Shown in pieces: positions 29,739-38,503 of a DNA stretch of 38,645 nucleotides. Below the pieces are notes generated by a model. That model made no database searches. It saw only the letters and a list, made by a program, of their open reading frames with translations, and had not been told where the DNA came from. The position numbers were made by a program, and so were the translations under genes. The stretch is from assembly GCA_041752695.1 (NCBI GenBank), contig JBGSVZ010000055.1, positions 1 to 38,645 on the forward strand, in the 5' to 3' direction. This DNA comes from Terrimicrobiaceae bacterium (GTDB lineage Bacteria > Verrucomicrobiota > Verrucomicrobiia > Chthoniobacterales > Terrimicrobiaceae). Numbering within the stretch: position 1 is the stretch's first letter; every line of letters begins with the position of its first letter.

Positions 29739-31121
29739 TCAAGCGGTCCGTCCCACCACCACCTGGTCTCCTCGCACGGCCAGGACGACAAGGCGTGTGC
29801 GAGGCTCCACGAACTCACCATCGCTCAGGACGTCGACGATCGCATCACCGAACGCGGCCCGACCCGCCGGACGCAAGGTGGTTTGCGCCACCCCGATGTC
29901 GCCAACGCGGACGCGGACAGGAAACAACTCCGCCGCCGCCGCCTCAATGGACGGCCCGGCAGGAACGGTTTCCGCCAGCACAAGGCGGTTGAACATTGGC
30001 AAGTGCGGCAGATACCGAGCGAGGAGGGAGACCAGAACCATGAACAGCAGCACCGCAATGCCCAGATTGATCAGCGGGCCAATGAAAAGGTCCACCGAAA
30101 AGGCAAAGGGCTGCGCGGGGTAAAAGTCGACCATTGCAAAAAGCAGCGAGCCCATCATCAGGGCCAGCCCCGCCGTGGCCAGGACCATCACGCCAGGGAA
30201 AAAGAAGAGCTCCACCAGTACCAAAACAAGGCCGAGGGCAAAAACGGCAGCGACTTCGAATCCCGTGAGTCCGGCAATGTAATGACCGGTGAAAAAAAGC
30301 AGAAAACACAGAAGCGAAAGCACCCCGGCCACGCCAAATCCCGGGGACTTGAACTCTAGCCACGCGCCCGCCATGCCGCCCAGCAAGAGCAAGGGCGCCA
30401 GCGCGGTGATCCACAAAGCCGCCCGTTCGAAGCCGCTGGGCTCCAATTTGACAATGTCCTGCGCCGGCAATCCGGCCTGTCGGGTCAGGTCGTCCAGATC
30501 CTTGGCAATGCCGCGCGCGAGAAGCGGTTTTCCATCAATAATTTCGGTCGCCTCTTTGGAACTCAAAGTGAGCACGGCTCCCTCGGGATTAAGAACACGG
30601 TCGCCAATCTTGATCTCCTTCTTGATGTTCATGAAGGCATCAACCAGGGAGGGGTTGTAGCCGTTCTGCTCCGCGACACTGCGAAAATATCCGGAATAAA
30701 ACGAAACCATCTTCGCATTCATCGTCTCGGGCACCTCCTGTCCGCCGCTGAGTACAGGGGCAGCCGCGCCGATGGCACTGACCGGGGCCATGTAGACGTT
30801 TTTCGTCGCCAGGGCAATCAACGCCCCCGCCGAGCCCGCGTCCGTGTTGACGAACGTATAGGTCGGAATATCGGTCTTGAGCAGCGCCTGCACGATCTTC
30901 TCTGTGGCATCGAGAGAGCCACCCGGCGTGTTCATATCGAGAATAATGGCGGAGGCGTTTTCCGTCTCGGCGTCCTTTAGGATCCGTCGCAGAAAATAAA
31001 ACTGGGCCTCGTTCACTTCACCCTCGATGGGAACGACAACCACGGCACCCTCTCGAATCCGGGGTTCCGCGGCCTGCCCGACGGCAGTCAGAAGAAGGAG
31101 GAGGGCGATGACGTTTCTCAC
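29739..31121 (-). CDS. nfeD: NfeD-family membrane protein (ClpP-class serine protease domain, TM region, OB fold)
   Basis: MNTPGG, AGSAGALIA, MAP...IGAA.P, LTLS..EA, E...PGFG..G, G.A.T.LRPAG.A; start GTG 31121. Confidence 0.88.
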   Translation of the reverse strand: MRNVIALLLLLTAVGQAAEPRIREGAVVVVPIEGEVNEAQFYFLRRILKDAETENASAIILDMNTPGGSLDATEKIVQALLKTDIPTYTFVNTDAGSAGALIALATKNVYMAPVSAIGAAAPVLSGGQEVPETMNAKMVSFYSGYFRSVAEQNGYNPSLVDAFMNIKKEIKIGDRVLNPEGAVLTLSSKEATEIIDGKPLLARGIAKDLDDLTRQAGLPAQDIVKLEPSGFERAALWITALAPLLLLGGMAGAWLEFKSPGFGVAGVLSLLCFLLFFTGHYIAGLTGFEVAAVFALGLVLVLVELFFFPGVMVLATAGLALMMGSLLFAMVDFYPAQPFAFSVDLFIGPLINLGIAVLLFMVLVSLLARYLPHLPMFNRLVLAETVPAGPSIEAAAAELFPVRVRVGDIGVAQTTLRPAGRAAFGDAIVDVLSDGEFVEPRTRLVVLAVRGDQVVVGRTA

Positions 31122-31269
31122 GGGCAAAATCTCCGCCGACCTGTCGCGGGCTGCAAGGATTATTGCGGATTCCCGCCACCGGGCTGACGTGAAAACCCGC
31201 TTGTTTACGCCGGGAATTTTGTGTAACCTACCCGGATCACTCCGGTGATTTCCCCCACCCCTCCCTCCC

Positions 31270-32784
31270 ATGACCTCCCCAGTCCTCGAAAACCCTGTTA
31301 GCAAAGTCTCCCAAGCCACCCGCGATTTTTTGGCCCAGCCGAAAAAGCTCCTCATTGGCGGAAATTGGATGAACGCCTCGACCGGCCGCACATTTAACAC
31401 CTTTGATCCGTCCACGGGCGATGTGCTCGCCAGTGTCGCGGAGGGTGAGGCACCGGATATTGATCTGGCGGTCCAAGCGGCGCGTAAAGCCTTCCATGGC
31501 CCGTGGCGCCACCTCACCTCTTCGGAACGCGGCCGCATCATCTGGAAACTGGGGGATTTGATTTTGGAAAACCTCGAGCAACTGGCCGAACTGGAATCGC
31601 TCGACAATGGCAAGCCGCTCGCCGTGGCCCGCGCCGCGGATGTCCCTCTGGCCGCCGACCTTTTCCATTACATGGCGGGGTGGACCACCAAGCTTGAGGG
31701 GAGCACGATTCCCATCAGCGTGCCTTATGCCAGAGGCGCAAAGTTTCTCGCCTACACGCGTCGCGATCCCATCGGAGTGGTGGGCCAGGTCATTCCCTGG
31801 AATTTCCCGCTCCTCATGGCGGCCTGGAAACTTGGTCCGGCACTCGCGACTGGGAACACCATCGTTCTCAAACCCGCTGAACAGACCCCTCTCTCCGCCA
31901 TCCGACTCGCGGAACTGGCCCTCGAAGCCGGGCTGCCCGAGGGGGTGCTCAATGTGGTCACAGGATATGGCGAAACGGCCGGTGCCGCCCTGGCCTCTCA
32001 TGACGATGTGGACAAGATTGCCTTTACCGGATCCACCGAAGTCGGAAAAATCATTGTCCGGGCCGCCGCAGGAAATCTGAAAAAGGTGACCCTCGAGTTG
32101 GGCGGAAAATCCCCGACTGTTGTCTTCAAGGACGTGGCCGATGTGGATGCCGCCATCCAGGGTGCGGCGAACGCCATCTTTTTCAATCATGGCCAATGCT
32201 GCTGTGCCGGGTCGCGTTTGTTCGTGGAAAAGGACATCTTCGATCGAGTGGTGGAAGGGGTGGCGGAGCGCGCCTCCCAAATCAAACTCGGAGCGGGCAT
32301 TCACCCCGACACTGAGATGGGGCCGCTGGTCTCTGCGGAGCAACTGGACCGGGTTTCCAGCTACATTGCCTCCGGGCGGGAACAAGGAGCAAAGGTGCTC
32401 TCCGGCGGGGAGCCCGCGAGCGACCGGGGATATTTTGTCCGGCCCACGGTGTTCACCAACATCCACCACGAAATGAAAATCGTCCGCGAGGAAATTTTCG
32501 GTCCGGTGGTGGTGGCTGAACCTTTCGACGACATCGAAAAAGTGATGGATCGCGCCAACGGGACAGACTTCGGGCTGGCCGCCAGTGTCTGGACCCGCGA
32601 CATTAGCAAAGCCCACCGCGCAGCCGACCTCCTCCGGGCCGGAACGGTTTGGATCAATTGCCACAACATCTTCGATGCCGCCATGCCCTTCGGCGGGTAT
32701 AAACAATCAGGCTGGGGGCGCGAAATGGGCCACGAAGCCCTCGACCTTTACACGGAGACCAAATCGGTCTGCGTCGCCCTTTAG
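31270..32784 (+). CDS. NAD-dependent aldehyde dehydrogenase
   Basis: PWNFP, KPAEQTP, FTGSTEVG, LELGGKSP, GQCCCAG, EEIFGPV, PFGGYKQSG. Confidence 0.95.
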   Translation: MTSPVLENPVSKVSQATRDFLAQPKKLLIGGNWMNASTGRTFNTFDPSTGDVLASVAEGEAPDIDLAVQAARKAFHGPWRHLTSSERGRIIWKLGDLILENLEQLAELESLDNGKPLAVARAADVPLAADLFHYMAGWTTKLEGSTIPISVPYARGAKFLAYTRRDPIGVVGQVIPWNFPLLMAAWKLGPALATGNTIVLKPAEQTPLSAIRLAELALEAGLPEGVLNVVTGYGETAGAALASHDDVDKIAFTGSTEVGKIIVRAAAGNLKKVTLELGGKSPTVVFKDVADVDAAIQGAANAIFFNHGQCCCAGSRLFVEKDIFDRVVEGVAERASQIKLGAGIHPDTEMGPLVSAEQLDRVSSYIASGREQGAKVLSGGEPASDRGYFVRPTVFTNIHHEMKIVREEIFGPVVVAEPFDDIEKVMDRANGTDFGLAASVWTRDISKAHRAADLLRAGTVWINCHNIFDAAMPFGGYKQSGWGREMGHEALDLYTETKSVCVAL

Positions 32785-32814
32785 GGCGCCGCGCCCACGG
32801 GCGTGGCCACCACA

Positions 32815-33123
32815 ATGAAATCCCTATCGCACATCGCAGAGAGTGTCGCTGCCCTGTCGGATGAATTGCCGGTTGAAGACATTTGGTATTTCGAGACCAG
32901 TGGGGCGCATGAGTGTGGAATGACCAAACCGTTTCACCTCGTCCTCTTCGTCCGGCAGGGAGCCGAGGCTCACACCGTAGAAGTCCGGGCCAATGAAATT
33001 CTCCTTCGCCAGCGCGCCGATCTCACCGCGCACGCCTTTCCGCATGCCGCAGTTTACCAGACGCCCCGCCCGCTGGTGGTCAAGATGGCCCTCAGCGTCG
33101 GCGAGTGCGTGTATCAGCGCTAA
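32815..33123 (+). CDS. hypothetical protein, possibly a degenerate minimal-nucleotidyltransferase fold
   Basis: 102 aa filling the gap after the aldehyde dehydrogenase; spacing resembles MNT proteins but GS and DxD are absent. Confidence 0.6.
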   Translation: MKSLSHIAESVAALSDELPVEDIWYFETSGAHECGMTKPFHLVLFVRQGAEAHTVEVRANEILLRQRADLTAHAFPHAAVYQTPRPLVVKMALSVGECVYQR

Positions 33124-33141
33124 TCCCGCAGGGTTTCGCGT

Positions 33142-33570
33142 CTATCGGACGTAAGCACGGGTTTCGGCCCGCGCTGTCTTGAACTCGTCCCAGGTCACAA
33201 AGCCATTGTGATTCACATCGGCCTCCTTGAAGGGCAGCGACACACGGTCCCGGACCACCTTGCTGGCCTTGGCCTCGGTCAGGGTAATTTTCCCAGTGCC
33301 ACTCGTATTGATTTCGCGGAAAGTTTTAGGCGTTCCTCCGTCGGCGACAAACTCGGCTTCGGTGATAAAGCCATCCCCGTTCTGATCAAACTGGGCGAAC
33401 ATTTCTTCGATCATGAAATCCTGATACTCCGCGAGAGAAACCCGGCCATCGCCGCTGGCGTCCGCTTTTTTAAAACGGTCTTCCACCGACACCGGACGTT
33501 TGGGGGCAGTGGCGCAGCCTCCGGAAAAGAACACTCCAACCAGACACACCAAGAAAATCACAGGCTTCAT
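33142..33570 (-). CDS. EF-hand lipoprotein (four EF-hand loops)
   Basis: Signal ending FSGGC; loops DASGDGRVSLAE, DQNGDGFITEAE, NTSGTGKITLTE, DVNHNGFVTWDE. Confidence 0.85.
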   Translation of the reverse strand: MKPVIFLVCLVGVFFSGGCATAPKRPVSVEDRFKKADASGDGRVSLAEYQDFMIEEMFAQFDQNGDGFITEAEFVADGGTPKTFREINTSGTGKITLTEAKASKVVRDRVSLPFKEADVNHNGFVTWDEFKTARAETRAYVR

Positions 33571-33625
33571 AGAATTCCACCATTGAGTTCGAAGTCCGGG
33601 CGTTGGTCAATCTGATTCCAAGAGC

Positions 33626-34405
33626 CTACCGGTCTACGAAAACCGCTGGTGCGTCACAAAGGGGATTTCGCACCACGGTTGCCTTCACGTCAAACACCGA
33701 GCCAATCCGTTCCTCCGTGAACACCGCATCGGGCGCACCGTCGGCGAGGACTTTTCCCGCTTTTAGCAAAACCAGTCGGTCCGCGTATTGCGCGGCAAGG
33801 TTCAGATCGTGCAGGACGATGAGGACCCCGGCTCCATCCCGGGCGAGATCGCGGGCAATCCGGAGGGCGGAATGTTGATGGGCGGGATCGAGGTTGGAAA
33901 TGGGTTCATCAAGCATCAGGCAACGTGGATCGTTTCCAGGTTTAAGCCCGACCTGGACTAGGACGCGGGCGAGGTGCACACGCTGCATCTCGCCACCTGA
34001 AAGAGTTGTCACCGTGCGGTCCGCCAGATGAAGGCATTCGGTTTTGGCCATGGCCTCGCGGCCCAAGGTTTCGTGAATTCCCCCATCGCCATGCGGAGAC
34101 CGGCCCAGCAGGACGATTTCCAAAGCGGTGAAATCGAAAGGCACCACCGAACTTTGCGGCAGCACGGCGCGTCTGCGGGCAAGTTCGCGCGACGGCCAGT
34201 CCTGCAAGGCACGGCCCTCAAACGACACCTCTCCCTGGGTTGGTCTGATCTGGCCACAGAGAAGCTTCAAAAGGGTGGATTTTCCCGCGCCATTCGGACC
34301 CAGCAGGGCCACCAACTCCCCGCCGCGGAGGTCCAAGGTGACACCATCGACCAGGGCCTTTCCCGAGATCCGATAGGTCACAGCGCGAGCAGAAAGCATG
34401 ACCAT
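33626..34405 (-). CDS. hmuV: haem ABC transporter ATPase
   Basis: GPNGAGKS, LARRRAVLPQ, LSGGEMQRVHLARVL.Q, LDEP, LHDLNLAAQYADR. Confidence 0.92.
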   Translation of the reverse strand: MVMLSARAVTYRISGKALVDGVTLDLRGGELVALLGPNGAGKSTLLKLLCGQIRPTQGEVSFEGRALQDWPSRELARRRAVLPQSSVVPFDFTALEIVLLGRSPHGDGGIHETLGREAMAKTECLHLADRTVTTLSGGEMQRVHLARVLVQVGLKPGNDPRCLMLDEPISNLDPAHQHSALRIARDLARDGAGVLIVLHDLNLAAQYADRLVLLKAGKVLADGAPDAVFTEERIGSVFDVKATVVRNPLCDAPAVFVDR

Positions 34406-35491
34406 CTATCCCCAAAGGGCTTTCCGCCGCTGGCGCAGCAACATGAAAAGAAAAAACGGGGTGCCGAACCCTGCCGTGATCACGCCGATCGGAAGTTCGG
34501 CCGGGGCCAGCATAGTCCGCGCCATGGTATCCGAGGCGATAAGCAAGATCGCTCCCAGCAACGCCGCCCCGGGAATGAGCCACCGATGGTCCGGGCCAAT
34601 CAGCGACCTCATCAAATGCGGAACCACCAGGCCGACAAACAGGATGATGCCGGTGAACGCGACCGAGGCACCCACTCCCGCCGCGGTGAGAACCACGAGG
34701 ATCGTCTTGATTTTTTCCACCGCAAACCCGAGGTGTCCAGCCTCCGCCTCGCCGAGCGCCAGGGCGTTGAGAGCCCCGCCCCAGATCGGAGCAAGGACGA
34801 TGAGGCCCAGGCAAAAGGGCGCGGTCATGAGGACCACCTGCCAATTGGCACCGCCCAGGCTGCCCAAGGTCCAGAACGACAAGGAACGAAGCTGAGCATC
34901 GGTAGAAAGAAAAGTCGCGAGACCGATCAGCGAATTGGCCAGCGCATTGATGGCCACCCCCACCAGGAGCAATGTCGCCACCGCGGTGTAACCCCCGACG
35001 TTCGACAGGCGCTGGACGAAGCCGGTCACCAACAGCGCCCCGGCAAAAGCCGCCAAAGGCAACAGACGCAGATCGCTGAGAATGGGAATCTCCGGGAAAA
35101 AACGATGAGCCAGGACGAGGACAAAAACCGCCCCGAGTGCCCCGCCGCTCGATGCACCGATCAGAGCAGGATCCGCCAGCGGATTGCGGAAAAGCCCCTG
35201 CATGAGCACTCCGGCCACGGAAAGAGCCCCGCCCACCAGAAACCCCAGGGCGATGCGCGGCAGACGCAATTGCCAAAAGACACTCTCGTGGCGCGAGTCC
35301 GCTGCAGTGCCGAGGAACGCGCCAATCACCTCCTCTGGAGGAATCTTAACAGCGCCCAGGCACAGGGAAACTACCGAGGTGACAACCAGCAAAAGCGCGA
35401 GAACGGCGAGGATGAGGCCGCGGCGACGACAAATGCCATATGAGGAAATCCTTGGTCTGCTGATCACTTTAGGAGGAGAAATCCCAGGCAT
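34406..35491 (-). CDS. hmuU: haem ABC transporter permease (FecCD family)
   Basis: RLPR, QGLFRNPLADP..IG.S.G, FWTLGSL, LGE.EA..LG, FVGLVVPH, ELPIG, G.PFF. Start 35491 or GTG 35512. Confidence 0.92.
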   Translation of the reverse strand: MPGISPPKVISRPRISSYGICRRRGLILAVLALLLVVTSVVSLCLGAVKIPPEEVIGAFLGTAADSRHESVFWQLRLPRIALGFLVGGALSVAGVLMQGLFRNPLADPALIGASSGGALGAVFVLVLAHRFFPEIPILSDLRLLPLAAFAGALLVTGFVQRLSNVGGYTAVATLLLVGVAINALANSLIGLATFLSTDAQLRSLSFWTLGSLGGANWQVVLMTAPFCLGLIVLAPIWGGALNALALGEAEAGHLGFAVEKIKTILVVLTAAGVGASVAFTGIILFVGLVVPHLMRSLIGPDHRWLIPGAALLGAILLIASDTMARTMLAPAELPIGVITAGFGTPFFLFMLLRQRRKALWG

Positions 35492-35514
35492 CGGCGGGAT
35501 GCCGGTGCTCACCG

Positions 35515-36363
35515 TTAGGGGCCGACCGTTTTCGGCGCGGGATGCAGTTGTTCGCAAAGCTCCCGGGCGGCCTGTCCCAGGCGGGGCCCGAACCCGAGCA
35601 GATAGAGGTCGTCCATGGAGACAACGCGTCCGGCCTTTCCGGCAGGGGTGAGGGATAGTCCGGGTTGCTGGAGGAGCGCTTCCACCCCACCGGCACTTTC
35701 GAGCCCTCGAGAGGTGACCAATATCACATCCGGAGCCGCTGCGACCGCTCCCTCGGCAGTGAGAGGTTTGTAGTTCTCGTAACCCGTCACCGCATTCTCT
35801 CCGCCTGCGAGTTTAATGATGGCCTCGGCCGAGGTGCCGGTGCCCGAGACATTCATCGTCCCCCCTCCGCGGGCATAAATAAACAAAACCTTCGGGCGCC
35901 CCGGCACATTGGCCACGAGCGCTTTAGCGGCCTCCAAGTCTGCGCGCAGCGTCTCGGCCAGCCGGGTAGCCTCGGCCGATTTATTTACCGCCTCGCCAAT
36001 TCTCAAAATCCGTTCCACCGCGGCCTCGGGCGTATGTTGGTTGCTTAGGCGAACCACCTTGACGCCAGTGCTTTCCACCTGTTGCACGACCTCCGGCGGA
36101 CCCGCATCTTCCGTGACCAGGACCAGAGTTGGGTTCATGGAAAGAATACCCTCGGCGGAAAGCTGTCGGGCGTAACCCACCGAAGGAAGTTTCGTGGCCT
36201 CGACCGGGAAAACGCTCGAAACGTCCGCCGCGACAAGCCCTTCTTGCGCGCCGAGGGCGTAGATTGTTTCCGTGATCGCACCAGCCGTACTGACAATGCG
36301 GTCAGCCGCCTGCAAGGGACCCGCCGCAATGATGGCCGCGAGAAAAATACAAAATGTTTTCAT
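35515..36363 (-). CDS. hmuT: haem ABC transporter substrate-binding protein
   Basis: Signal peptide; RIVS..G.ITE.IYALG, VGYARQLSAEGILS (Tyr ligand motif of the HmuT/ShuT/PhuT type), YKPL..EG, LLGFGPR. Confidence 0.9.
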   Translation of the reverse strand: MKTFCIFLAAIIAAGPLQAADRIVSTAGAITETIYALGAQEGLVAADVSSVFPVEATKLPSVGYARQLSAEGILSMNPTLVLVTEDAGPPEVVQQVESTGVKVVRLSNQHTPEAAVERILRIGEAVNKSAEATRLAETLRADLEAAKALVANVPGRPKVLFIYARGGGTMNVSGTGTSAEAIIKLAGGENAVTGYENYKPLTAEGAVAAAPDVILVTSRGLESAGGVEALLQQPGLSLTPAGKAGRVVSMDDLYLLGFGPRLGQAARELCEQLHPAPKTVGP

Positions 36364-36371
36364 GCAATTTT

Positions 36372-36438
36372 ACAGAAGCCAAGGAAGGAAGCAAAGCCTT
36401 GGGAGGCCCGTCCCTTCGTTTGCTTAGCTTCCTTCTGT
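36372..36438. repeat. imperfect palindrome filling the hemS-hmuT intergenic space
   Basis: AAGGAAG (36381-87) pairs with CTTCCTT (36428-34); AAGCAAA (36389-95) with TTTGCTT (36419-25); GGGA with TCCC around a 6-nt loop; ACAGAAG/CTTCTGT is an alternative outer pairing. Confidence 0.7.
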
Positions 36439-37478
36439 TAACCTTTGAGATTCGCGACGATTTCGCGCCACGCGTTATCCTCGGGATTACCTGGTTTCCG
36501 TTTGCCGAAGAACAGGACGAGGTTGTTGCTTTTGGCGTCGAAAAGTTCGAGCGAGGTCACATCGCCATCGACGGTCGGCTTTTTGACGACCCAAGCGCTG
36601 GCGACAGCAGTATCCCGCAGGTGCATGCTGAAGTCGTCGTCGAGCACGTTCAGCCACTCATCCCCGAACATCCTGATGTTTTTCACCGGGCCGGTATGAA
36701 TTTGCAGGCATCCCCGGTTGCCGATGAAGACCATGATGGGCGTGCCCGTGGCGGAGGCCGCTTCCAGCATCTGCTTGGTGGAGCCGACGGAAACGCGGCG
36801 GGCGTAGCCTTCGGGGGCCAGGCGGAGGGCCTGCTCCCGGCCGACGCGGAACTTGCCCATGATGAGGAAAAACGCATGGGTGTCCTTCATCTCCCGCCAG
36901 GCCTGCTGGAATCCAGGAACGTCGATTTCTGCATCCGGGATTTCCGGGCGAGGAGCCGGGGCCGGCTGGATCTGCAGAGTCGGGCTCTGGTCCTCCGCGC
37001 GATATTTATTTAACAACATCCCGTAGCCTCCGTAGTTGCTTTCCTTCTGGAGATAGACCTTGTGCACGGCCTCCCCCGAGGCGTCGAAGAACTGAAAACT
37101 CTGGCGTTCCCCATCGGGAGTGTGATCTGTCACGGCAAAACCATGGACCCAATGGTTCATGAAGAGACGCAGATCGATGTCCGGCCCGACCACCTGGCCC
37201 ATCCCATGAAAAAAGTCCGTCGTCAGAAACTCGCCGTAGCGCTCGTGGACAGCATGTTCATTGCGGGTGAGGCACATCACGCGGCCGAGCGTGGCCAGGT
37301 CCCTGATGACCTGCGACCATTCGCCGGTCAGCCGGGTCACATTTGCGCCACATCCGGTGGCCAGCAACTCGGCTTCGCTCACCCCTAGTTGAGCCGCGGC
37401 GTCGCGGATGCGAAGTTTCGGCTGGTCGGCGAGGACCGCATTCCAGCGCTCTTTCAGGGTTTGTTCTTCGGTTTTCAT
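36438..37478 (-). CDS. hemS: haem-degrading/storage protein HemS/ChuS/HmuS
   Basis: RDAA.QLGVSEAEL, TRNEHAVHE..G, IDLRLF, SFQFFD..G.AVHKVYL, DTH.FF, IMVFIGNRGCLQIHTG, HLR, VTSLELFD, FFG.RKPG..E...WR. Confidence 0.94.
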   Translation of the reverse strand: MKTEEQTLKERWNAVLADQPKLRIRDAAAQLGVSEAELLATGCGANVTRLTGEWSQVIRDLATLGRVMCLTRNEHAVHERYGEFLTTDFFHGMGQVVGPDIDLRLFMNHWVHGFAVTDHTPDGERQSFQFFDASGEAVHKVYLQKESNYGGYGMLLNKYRAEDQSPTLQIQPAPAPRPEIPDAEIDVPGFQQAWREMKDTHAFFLIMGKFRVGREQALRLAPEGYARRVSVGSTKQMLEAASATGTPIMVFIGNRGCLQIHTGPVKNIRMFGDEWLNVLDDDFSMHLRDTAVASAWVVKKPTVDGDVTSLELFDAKSNNLVLFFGKRKPGNPEDNAWREIVANLKG

Positions 37479-37499
37479 GTCTTGGCAGCTGTCGATGAT

Positions 37500-38336
37500 T
37501 TAATAAGGGACGGTGTAGTCCGGGGAGTCATTGGCGGCGGCATTGCGATTCCAAAGTCGCATGTCGCGCAGTTCGTCAATCGTCTTCAGGGCCACGCTGC
37601 CGTCGAGAAAAGCACAAACGGCGCGGCCCTGGTAGCGGCCATCGACGTTCCCGTAGATGCCAGGATCCTTTTCCTTCGACCACGGCTGAACGCTCCAGTT
37701 CGCCGCATAAAGGTTGGGCGGAGTAAGAATGTTGTAGCCCCCGACCTGCGTGTTTCCATCCATCGTGCCGCCGGAGGCAAAAACGAGCAGGGATTGGTCC
37801 GTACCACCCACCCGGGCGACGCAGTCATTAGGAAACAGGAGATTCGGATTTGCCGCACTGCCGGCCAGGCATCCGCCCACAAAATAATAGTTAATACCGA
37901 ACCGCGGGAACGCGCTTACATAATAGTCGCGCATCGCATGACCAGGAGGGGCGACGGAATCGATGTACTTCCTGTTGGCGGTCTGGAGGATGGCCCCATT
38001 GAGGTCGTATTGAAAATAGGGTGCCAGGCGAAAGGGGTAACGATTTGCCGTATGCCCGGTGAGGTTTTTTTGCTGGGAATCGTCCCACACCTGGGTCGCG
38101 GTGTAGTCCATTCCCGGAAGGAACCTCCCATCGTTTTCGGCAGCATGGGCCTGATATGCGGAAATCAGCATTTTTCCTGCACTGATTTCTTTCAAGAACG
38201 TGCATTTGGAAATCGCCTGACCGTAAACCGCAGCGCTCAGGGCGATCAACACGGCCCCGACGGCTACGACCGCGAGAATCTCGATGACCGTAAAACCGCC
38301 CCCCTTATGCTGGGTTCGTTCCCGACGAATTTTCAC
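37500..38336 (-). CDS. prepilin-type N-terminal cleavage/methylation protein with an H-X9-DG-like C-terminus
   Basis: Basic leader, then G|FTVIEILAVVAV (type IV prepilin site, E5); C-terminal RYQGRAVCAFLDGSV. GTG 38336 overlaps the upstream TGA (GTGA). Confidence 0.85.
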   Translation of the reverse strand: MKIRRERTQHKGGGFTVIEILAVVAVGAVLIALSAAVYGQAISKCTFLKEISAGKMLISAYQAHAAENDGRFLPGMDYTATQVWDDSQQKNLTGHTANRYPFRLAPYFQYDLNGAILQTANRKYIDSVAPPGHAMRDYYVSAFPRFGINYYFVGGCLAGSAANPNLLFPNDCVARVGGTDQSLLVFASGGTMDGNTQVGGYNILTPPNLYAANWSVQPWSKEKDPGIYGNVDGRYQGRAVCAFLDGSVALKTIDELRDMRLWNRNAAANDSPDYTVPY

Positions 38337-38503
38337 CGGTCGGAGGAAAACGGTACGGGAGACCGGCGGCGGCGACGCGCCCATACCAGGGTGGCGCCAG
38401 CCCAGGCGAGGAGCAGCGCCGCGGAAGGCTCGGGAACCAGGGAAGTGTTATAGACTCCCGTGCTCTGGTTGAGCTGAAGGGCATAGACCTGCGAGTGGGT
38501 TAC
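38333..38503 (-). pseudogene. 3' remnant of a PEP-CTERM sorting-domain protein gene (not in the ORF track)
   Basis: Manual translation VTHSQVYALQLNQSTGVYNTSL-VPEPS-AALLLAWAGATLVWA-RRRRR-SPVPFSSDR*. An in-frame TAG at 38530-38528 closes the frame upstream, with no signal peptide. Confidence 0.8.

Noticed and set aside
31122..31613. 624-aa version of NfeD
   Set aside because: The extra N-terminus is antisense to the aldehyde dehydrogenase; a signal peptide begins at GTG 31121.
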